64,000 nt of DNA from an uncultured Nitrososphaerota archaeon (lineage in GTDB: Archaea; Thermoproteota; Nitrososphaeria; Nitrososphaerales; Nitrosopumilaceae): the NCBI GenBank assembly GCA_963701075.1, contig OY969559.1, positions 256,001-320,000 of the forward strand. Direction: 5' to 3'. Shown one piece after another: positions 57,713 through 64,000 of this stretch. Position 1 is the stretch's first letter. Every line of letters begins with the position of its first letter. A program made the position numbers and the translations under genes. Under the pieces are notes generated by a model that saw nothing but the letters and a program-made list of their open reading frames with translations, was not told the origin of the DNA and made no database searches.

Positions 57713-58945
57713 ATGAAAAAGATAGGCGGGTTCATTAATCCATGGGGAAATGGCCATTTCACCAGAATGATGGCCCTTGATGATGTAATTCGTAAAAACG
57801 TAGAGGATGATCTGGATATTCATTATTCAAGTAGTGGAGAGATTTACCAAAAACTCCTCAAGAGATTCCCTGCAAAAAAGGAGAATCTTCACAATATAGT
57901 AATTCCTACGCCCATCGATGGCAAATGTGGTCCAAGCATTACTTTATCTCTATTTAACATTCTTCTTCCTGTTGCAGGAAGGCAACCTCTTGTTTCAGTG
58001 ATGGCAAAATACCTACTCGCTGAAGGAAAATTGTATGATAAGCAAAAATTTGATCTTGTTATTAATGATGGTGATGTAGGTTCAAACATCATAGCGGAGA
58101 AGAGAAATGTCAAGTCCATCTTTATTACAAATCAATTCAGACCTAAGCTTTGGGTATCACGATCCTTTTTTTATCCTGCAGTAATGTACATATCAAAGAA
58201 GATTGCAAAGGCTACAAAGATAGTTGTTGCAGATTCTCCTCCTCCTTATACTATATGTGAGTACAACCTCAACTTTCCTGAAAGATTAAAGAAAAAAGTA
58301 GTATATGCTGGCCATTTTTCAAGCGGCACTACAATTAATCATGGTCCAAAGTCAGATTTGGAGAAATTGATTGAAAATGTAGATGGTTTTGGATACTGGA
58401 TGATAACTGGTAACAAGTCAACAAATAAGGCAACGTCCACCAAATATGAAAAGGTCTTTCATGCAACTAGAATGAATAATGAGAGAAGGATTGTCTCACA
58501 TGCAAAAAATGACCCTTCCTTGGATAAGGTACTTGGCAAGGACGGTAAGACATACTCAATTTCTGAAGCTTTTGAGAAAAATATTGATTGGATCCAGATA
58601 GATGTGGGATTTCTCTCTGAACAAGAAAAAGACACTGTCTTGAGTTTGTGTAAATATGCTGTGATAAATGGTTCTCATACTGCAATGGGAGAGATACTAG
58701 GAACAAAGGCAAAGCCAATCATAGGAATTCCTGTCTATGACGAACATACAAATCAGATAAAATGGGCTGAAGAGAGAAATCTTGGCATTCTTGCTACCAA
58801 CGTCAAGCAAACAGTGAGTGCAGTTTTTGAAATACACAACAACTACAACAAGTATCAAGAAAATCTGGTAGAATTTGCCAAAAATTATGACAGAGGTGGA
58901 ACCAAGAAAACTGCAAAGATCATTTCAGAAATGCTCGAAGATTAG
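57713..58945 (+). CDS. GT-B glycosyltransferase (MurG/MJ1255-like)
   Basis: GNGHFTR, DLVIND, ITNQ, GSHTAMGE, KPIIGIP..DEH. Confidence 0.8.
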   Translation: MKKIGGFINPWGNGHFTRMMALDDVIRKNVEDDLDIHYSSSGEIYQKLLKRFPAKKENLHNIVIPTPIDGKCGPSITLSLFNILLPVAGRQPLVSVMAKYLLAEGKLYDKQKFDLVINDGDVGSNIIAEKRNVKSIFITNQFRPKLWVSRSFFYPAVMYISKKIAKATKIVVADSPPPYTICEYNLNFPERLKKKVVYAGHFSSGTTINHGPKSDLEKLIENVDGFGYWMITGNKSTNKATSTKYEKVFHATRMNNERRIVSHAKNDPSLDKVLGKDGKTYSISEAFEKNIDWIQIDVGFLSEQEKDTVLSLCKYAVINGSHTAMGEILGTKAKPIIGIPVYDEHTNQIKWAEERNLGILATNVKQTVSAVFEIHNNYNKYQENLVEFAKNYDRGGTKKTAKIISEMLED

Positions 58946-58978
58946 AAAGGATTATAATTTTTAAAATAGAATTTCAAA

Positions 58979-59049
58979 TTCTGGTACGCGGCATTTATCG
59001 ATGGGCGAACTGACCAGTTAGGGATGAAGACATAGACCGCGTACCAGAA
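58979..59049. ncRNA. candidate structured small RNA
   Basis: Perfect 13-bp closing stem TTCTGGTACGCGG/CCGCGTACCAGAA with inner stems; TATA-like sequence upstream on the + strand. Confidence 0.45.
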
Positions 59050-59078
59050 ACTAGCAAAAGCTTTTATGGATAACTCTA

Positions 59079-59312
59079 GTGATCGCGTCATTGACCGAGT
59101 GTCCTGAGTGTGCAGCCAAGGAGGTTCAGATAGAAATGAAATTTGATCCTAACACAAAGCATTTCATTTGTAAAAAATGCGGATTGTTTGCAACCAGAGA
59201 ACAGATAAGCGATATCAAATACAAATTAAATAAACGTGAGAAGACACGAGAAGACAAACATGATGAATATCGTGACTGGTGGCAATCAAGTAAGAAAGAA
59301 AAACAGGGTTAA
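59079..59312 (+). CDS. small zinc-ribbon protein
   Basis: CPEC..CKKCG, C-terminal YRDWW. Confidence 0.75.
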   Translation: MIASLTECPECAAKEVQIEMKFDPNTKHFICKKCGLFATREQISDIKYKLNKREKTREDKHDEYRDWWQSSKKEKQG

Positions 59313-59330
59313 TTACAAAGGTGAGCAGAG

Positions 59331-59726
59331 ATGACTAAAGAAATTCCAAAGTGGGTACAAGATGAGATAAAGAATGCTAAATTTGGAAAACCAGAGTCCA
59401 TTACAAGAACAGGTTACATACTTGAGATATACGACAAGGATATGAAAATAGACGCGCAGGTTTACGAAGCTGTAGAAGATGGCAGAAAAATCATAGAAGG
59501 TATGAGTTTGCCAAAAAAGATCAAGCCGTCAGACCTTATGAAAGGTGTCGTCTACGAGTTCACAATCAATGCTTGCAAGGCTCCTTTAGGCAAAAAGCTC
59601 ATAGAATTCCTCAAAAAGGAGATGGAAATCGATATGGATGCAATATATCAATTTGATCTTGCAAGCCTTGAGATGATGGACGTTGATTCTGATTCTGCAA
59701 GTTCTGATGAATCTGAAGAGGAATAA
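59331..59726 (+). CDS. conserved hypothetical protein
   Basis: GGTGA RBS, 131-aa ORF with acidic tail. Confidence 0.7.
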   Translation: MTKEIPKWVQDEIKNAKFGKPESITRTGYILEIYDKDMKIDAQVYEAVEDGRKIIEGMSLPKKIKPSDLMKGVVYEFTINACKAPLGKKLIEFLKKEMEIDMDAIYQFDLASLEMMDVDSDSASSDESEEE

Positions 59727-59730
59727 AGCA

Positions 59731-60525
59731 TTAAAATTTCTGGTTGGCTCTTGATCTTCTAAAAATTCCACCAACTATTGGATTTATCAGGTATGGAAAT
59801 GTCTGCTTGAACCATATTGCTATCCTTACAAATTGAGGAACCACAATCTCAAGTCTAGGCGAAGATGCAGCTCTTACAACAGCTTTTGCTACAGTATTTG
59901 CGCTAAGAGCGACGGTATATCGTGGCATTTTATTAAATGAATTATGATTGAAGAAGTTAGTTCGTACCATTATTGGGCTTACGACTGTTATTCCTACACC
60001 ACTTCCTTTCAGTTCATGATATAGCGATTCTGAAAAACCCAACATTGCAAACTTGGATGCACAATAACCCACCATTCCAGGAATGCCAAAACTTGCAGCG
60101 ACTGAAGCCACGTTCACTATATGACCAGATTTCTGTTCTAGCATTTTTGGCAAAAAAGTCTTGGTGCAATATACCATACCTAGATAATTTGTTCCCATCT
60201 GCGATTCTATTTCTTCTACTTTTAGATCATTGAAATTACCATAAATTCCAAAGCCTGCATTATTTACAAGTACATCAATGGTGCCAAATTTTTCCAAAAC
60301 TTTCTTGTTCATTTGATTTACTTGGTCCTTTTGAGATACATCGCAAGAGCACACAAGAATTTGAGTTTGATACTTGGAGAGTTCTTTTGCAACTTCCTCA
60401 AGCTTGTTCGTGTCCCTTGAAACAAGCACAACAGAAGCGCGTAATTTAGCAAATTCTAGAGCAGATTCTTTTCCAATACCACTTGATGCACCAGTGATTA
60501 CGACTATTTTTCCTGAGTAATCCAT
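59731..60525 (-). CDS. short-chain dehydrogenase/reductase
   Basis: TGASSGIG, NNAG, YCASK. Confidence 0.95.
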   Translation of the reverse strand: MDYSGKIVVITGASSGIGKESALEFAKLRASVVLVSRDTNKLEEVAKELSKYQTQILVCSCDVSQKDQVNQMNKKVLEKFGTIDVLVNNAGFGIYGNFNDLKVEEIESQMGTNYLGMVYCTKTFLPKMLEQKSGHIVNVASVAASFGIPGMVGYCASKFAMLGFSESLYHELKGSGVGITVVSPIMVRTNFFNHNSFNKMPRYTVALSANTVAKAVVRAASSPRLEIVVPQFVRIAIWFKQTFPYLINPIVGGIFRRSRANQKF

Positions 60526-60561
60526 AATAAAAAAGTAAAGATGGTGAAGATAAAGTGCTTT

Positions 60562-61578
60562 CTATACAGCCTTTTGATTTTTGATACTTGGATAGACTAC
60601 CTTCATGAGAAATAGCCAACTTATGACTAGACCTACATGATAAGTTGCGATCCTCCAAGCTATGATGATATTCCACTGAAGGCTGTTCTTTGCAGCTTCA
60701 TACGTTAATGTATTCAGATGCCCAAGGTAGGCCCATATAGCAAACTCGGTCAGACCAGAACCACCAATAGTTATGGGGAGATTTCCTATCGCATTTGCGG
60801 CCATTGTAGCCATTAGAGAATGGAAAAAGTCTGTGACATAACCTGCCCCATTTGCAATTATCATAAATGAAAGTCCATAAAATGACCAAGTAAATACCGA
60901 GATTATCATTGATACTACAAAGGCTTTTTTCATTTGTTGATTGTGTCGTGTTTCCCTACTCATATCACAAATTTCTTTCATCCAAAGGTTTGTCTTTTCA
61001 ATATATTGCAAAGAACGGCCTTTTCCCACTCTTGCAGCAACTTTTGAAATCCATCTTGGTACCTGAAATGTTCTTTTAGACGATAAGAAAAATAGCGAGG
61101 CCCAAACCCCGGTTATGGGCAAACTAACTGCAAGTATAGCTATACCTACTACATATGCTCCATAGGCAAAGGAAAAGGCCGCAGCAGTAATAGCAAATAT
61201 TCCGGATACCAAAACCTCTGTTACGATCTCTACAATTGTAACATAGGATGCTTTTCCAACTGGTACTCCTTTCTTACTTAACCACATAATTCTTACCAAC
61301 TCGCCCCCGACAAAAGATGGGGTTGTTGATGTAACAAACTCACTTCCAATCCTTACCGAAATTGTTCTCCAGCTTACATCGATGGGTCCTAAAAATTTCC
61401 TAACTAAATAATTGAATTTCAAACCTTGAGTGAATAGCTTGCAGGCCATAGCAAATGCGGCTCCAATAAATGGTACCATGCCTACCGCAAGCAGATTTGC
61501 AAGACTAACATTAAACGTAGCAGCAATAATCAGAAAGGGTATTACACTTACAGGCAGTGCCAATAGCTTCCAATTCAT
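60562..61578 (-). CDS. LPG-synthase TM/flippase-like (UPF0104) membrane protein
   Basis: TPSFVGGE, PITIGGSGLTE, WRIATY. Confidence 0.85.
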   Translation of the reverse strand: MNWKLLALPVSVIPFLIIAATFNVSLANLLAVGMVPFIGAAFAMACKLFTQGLKFNYLVRKFLGPIDVSWRTISVRIGSEFVTSTTPSFVGGELVRIMWLSKKGVPVGKASYVTIVEIVTEVLVSGIFAITAAAFSFAYGAYVVGIAILAVSLPITGVWASLFFLSSKRTFQVPRWISKVAARVGKGRSLQYIEKTNLWMKEICDMSRETRHNQQMKKAFVVSMIISVFTWSFYGLSFMIIANGAGYVTDFFHSLMATMAANAIGNLPITIGGSGLTEFAIWAYLGHLNTLTYEAAKNSLQWNIIIAWRIATYHVGLVISWLFLMKVVYPSIKNQKAV

Positions 61579-61634
61579 CGCATGCTCTACTCATGGATGG
61601 AAATATAAGCTCAACATAAAATAGTTGATCAAAA

Positions 61635-62399
61635 ATGAAAGTGATTTTTCTTGTAGGAACTGCAGGATCTGGTAAATCTCTACTGGCTTCAAAAATTCTT
61701 GATTATTATACTAGAAATAACCACTTTGTTGGAATGTTAAATTTGGATCCCGGAGTAGAAAATCTTCCATACACATGCGATGTAGATGTGAGAGATTATG
61801 TGGACATGGTATCAATAATGAGACAGTATGACCTAGGTCCAAACGGAGCCATGATCATGGCAAATGATCTAGTTGCTTCCAAGATTGATGAATTACAACG
61901 TGATCTTGATAACGTAAATCCAGATTATTTAATAGTGGATACCCCGGGTCAGATTGAATTATTTGCATACAGAGCTAGCGGGCTCTTTTTTGTGCAAAAC
62001 CTAAATGCGGAGCAAAAGACCTCGGTGTTTCTTCATGACGGCTCTCTCATTACAACAGCAGTTAATTTTGTATCAATAGCATTACTTGCAACATCTGTTA
62101 AACTGAGATTAGGTTTACCCCAAGTAAATGTGATAACAAAAGTAGATCTTATAGAAGACAAAATTAAAGACATACTAAAATGGTCTTCAAACATGGCAAG
62201 TCTTGAAGAAGCCATTGCAAAAGAATCAGATGGCGAGAGTTATACCCTTGCTTCAAGTCTTTTGAGGAGTATGAATTTAGGAGGATTTGCCCAAGGGTTG
62301 ATTCCAATTTCAAACGCTACAGGAGATGGCATGATTAACCTTCATGCAGCGTTGAGCAGAATTCTTAACATGGGAGAAGAGATGGAAGATTATGGTTGA
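61635..62399 (+). CDS. GPN-loop GTPase
   Basis: GTAGSGKS, NLDPG, LGPNG, DTPGQIELF. Confidence 0.95.
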   Translation: MKVIFLVGTAGSGKSLLASKILDYYTRNNHFVGMLNLDPGVENLPYTCDVDVRDYVDMVSIMRQYDLGPNGAMIMANDLVASKIDELQRDLDNVNPDYLIVDTPGQIELFAYRASGLFFVQNLNAEQKTSVFLHDGSLITTAVNFVSIALLATSVKLRLGLPQVNVITKVDLIEDKIKDILKWSSNMASLEEAIAKESDGESYTLASSLLRSMNLGGFAQGLIPISNATGDGMINLHAALSRILNMGEEMEDYG

Positions 62400-63309
62400 A
62401 AGCGTAACTGTAAAAGCTCCATGTTCTACTGCGAATCTTGGTCCAGGGTTTGATGTTTTTGGACTAGCATTGGATGCATATTATGATCAAGTCCAGTTAA
62501 AAAAGGAAGGCAAGGGAATCAAAATTCAAAGTCTTGATCCTGTTCCCATTGAACCAGAAAAAAATTCTGCAGGCATTGTAGTAAAAGAGATGGCTAGAAA
62601 ATTTAAAATAAAAACTGGCCTAGTTTTGAGAATTAAGAAGGGTGTGCCAACAGGCTTTGGAATGGGTAGCAGTGCAGCCTCAGCAGCTGCTGCAGCGGTT
62701 GCCTTTGATGCTTTGTTCAGATTGAAACTTGATGGAAATAACTTGGTCAAATATGCAGGGCTAGGCGAGATGGCTAGTGCAGGGTCAGTTCATTATGATA
62801 ATGTTGCTGCATCAGTTCTAGGGGGATTTGTCATAGTAAGAACAGATCCGTTTAATGTAATAAAGATCGATCCTCCCAAAGACTTGGTTCTTTGTGTGGC
62901 AATTCCAAAAATTCACGTACCCAAAAAAAAGACAGAAGTATCAAGAAAAGTTCTTCCAAAACAAGTAAAACTCTCAGATCATGTCAAGAATCTCTCAAAC
63001 GCATCGGCATTAACTGCCGGATTTATGAGAAAAGATGTTAAATTGATAGGTAGTTCCATAAATGACATAATAGTGGAACCGGCAAGAAAGCATCTGATTC
63101 CAGGTTTTGATAAAGTAAAGAATAATGCCCTAGATGCAGGTGCTATTGGAGTAACAATTAGTGGGGCTGGACCGTCAGTAATTGCTTTTACATCAATATC
63201 CAGCAATCCTAGAAAGATATTGAACTCCATGAAAAAGGGATTTGCTTCAGCCAAGACAGATTGTACAGTGGTAATATGCAAACCAAGCAGAGGAGCTACT
63301 GTTATCTAG
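62392..63309 (+). CDS. thrB: homoserine kinase
   Basis: STANLGPGFD, GMGSSAAS, HYDNV, ISGAGPS. Confidence 0.96.
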   Translation: MVESVTVKAPCSTANLGPGFDVFGLALDAYYDQVQLKKEGKGIKIQSLDPVPIEPEKNSAGIVVKEMARKFKIKTGLVLRIKKGVPTGFGMGSSAASAAAAAVAFDALFRLKLDGNNLVKYAGLGEMASAGSVHYDNVAASVLGGFVIVRTDPFNVIKIDPPKDLVLCVAIPKIHVPKKKTEVSRKVLPKQVKLSDHVKNLSNASALTAGFMRKDVKLIGSSINDIIVEPARKHLIPGFDKVKNNALDAGAIGVTISGAGPSVIAFTSISSNPRKILNSMKKGFASAKTDCTVVICKPSRGATVI

Positions 63310-64000
63310 TTATTTTTTATGTAGAAAAGAATTCATCCTATCTTCTCTTTCCTTGGTTGAAAAACAAAGAGACCATGAATAAATTTCGAGCTTGAGCCCA
63401 GTATCTAAACTTGCATCCATTCCCTTATTAACAAGCATTTTAGATATACCAACTGCAAAGTTACTGTTTTTTGCAACACTTTCAGCGTAAGATTTAGTTT
63501 CGGAAAGTAGAGTTTCAGATGGAAAAACTTTGTTAACTAGACCCATTGACAGTGCTTCCTCTGCACTGATTCGTCTACCTGAGAAAATCAAGTCTTTTGC
63601 TCTTGCAGGACCAACAATTCGCAATAACCTTTGCGTACCACCCCATCCCGGGCAGATACCTAATGTTACTTCTGGTTGGCCTAGTTGTGCATTTGGTGAT
63701 GCAAACCTAAGATCACAAGAGAGTGCCAGCTCACAGCCACCTCCAAGTGCATAACCGTTTATTGCAGCTATTACTGGTTTTTCCAATTTTTCTATCTTGT
63801 TTAGAACCTCATGTCCCCTGAGTGCATATTTTTCTGCTTCTGTAGGCCCAATCTTGCTCATGTATTCAATATCTGCACCTGCAGAGAATGCTTTTTGTCC
63901 GGCTCCTGTAATTATGATCACTTTTGAGGAGTCTTTCTCCAATTCATCTAAAACCGAAATAAACTCATTCATGACTTCAAGACTCATCGCGTTTAGCTTA
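63310..64000 (-). CDS. enoyl-CoA hydratase family, likely crotonyl-CoA hydratase/3-hydroxypropionyl-CoA dehydratase of the 3HP/4HB cycle; 5' end off window
   Basis: AFSAGADI, NGYALGGGCE, GQPEV, PGWGGTQRL; specific function inferred from taxon. Confidence 0.85.
   Translation of the reverse strand, partial: KLNAMSLEVMNEFISVLDELEKDSSKVIIITGAGQKAFSAGADIEYMSKIGPTEAEKYALRGHEVLNKIEKLEKPVIAAINGYALGGGCELALSCDLRFASPNAQLGQPEVTLGICPGWGGTQRLLRIVGPARAKDLIFSGRRISAEEALSMGLVNKVFPSETLLSETKSYAESVAKNSNFAVGISKMLVNKGMDASLDTGLKLEIYSWSLCFSTKEREDRMNSFLHKK

Noticed and set aside
1063-63754. Numerous short antisense or nested ORFs in the track (e.g. 1562..2044, 10380..10913, 33006..33509, 55397..56047)
   Set aside because: Shadows of well-supported genes with no recognisable motifs

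Overview
Archaeal chromosomal DNA from an ammonia-oxidising thaumarchaeon (Nitrososphaerota, Nitrosotalea/Nitrosopumilales-like; inferred from gene content such as aIF2, Nop10, CdvB, PriS/PriL, AglB and the anaerobic cobalamin genes). Most of the window is core genes: two cobalamin blocks, translation and replication genes, the aconitase-X pair of the archaeal mevalonate route, sulfate assimilation and tRNA-Gly(CCC). Accessory content: (i) a ~12 kb co-oriented cell-surface locus (27.0-39.1 kb) with a 2445-aa repeat protein, a secreted tail-fibre-like protein followed by an orphan alternative tip, a secreted tail-collar-like subunit and a small anchored protein sharing the repeat motif, which is the best candidate for an undescribed surface-fibre system; (ii) three TnpB genes with intact RuvC motifs and no TnpA, one bracketed by imperfect terminal inverted repeats and a 9-bp direct repeat; (iii) IS5-like relics and a RelE toxin-antitoxin pair. 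Other oddities are an AglB-cyclophilin fusion, a glutamate racemase homologue with both catalytic Cys replaced by Ser, and a structured intergenic hairpin. Eleven frameshifts break conserved genes, including both primase subunits. Nine of them sit at AGCT sites, which suggests sequencing errors at a methylated motif rather than pseudogenes. All family assignments are from motif recognition by eye; no database searches were run.
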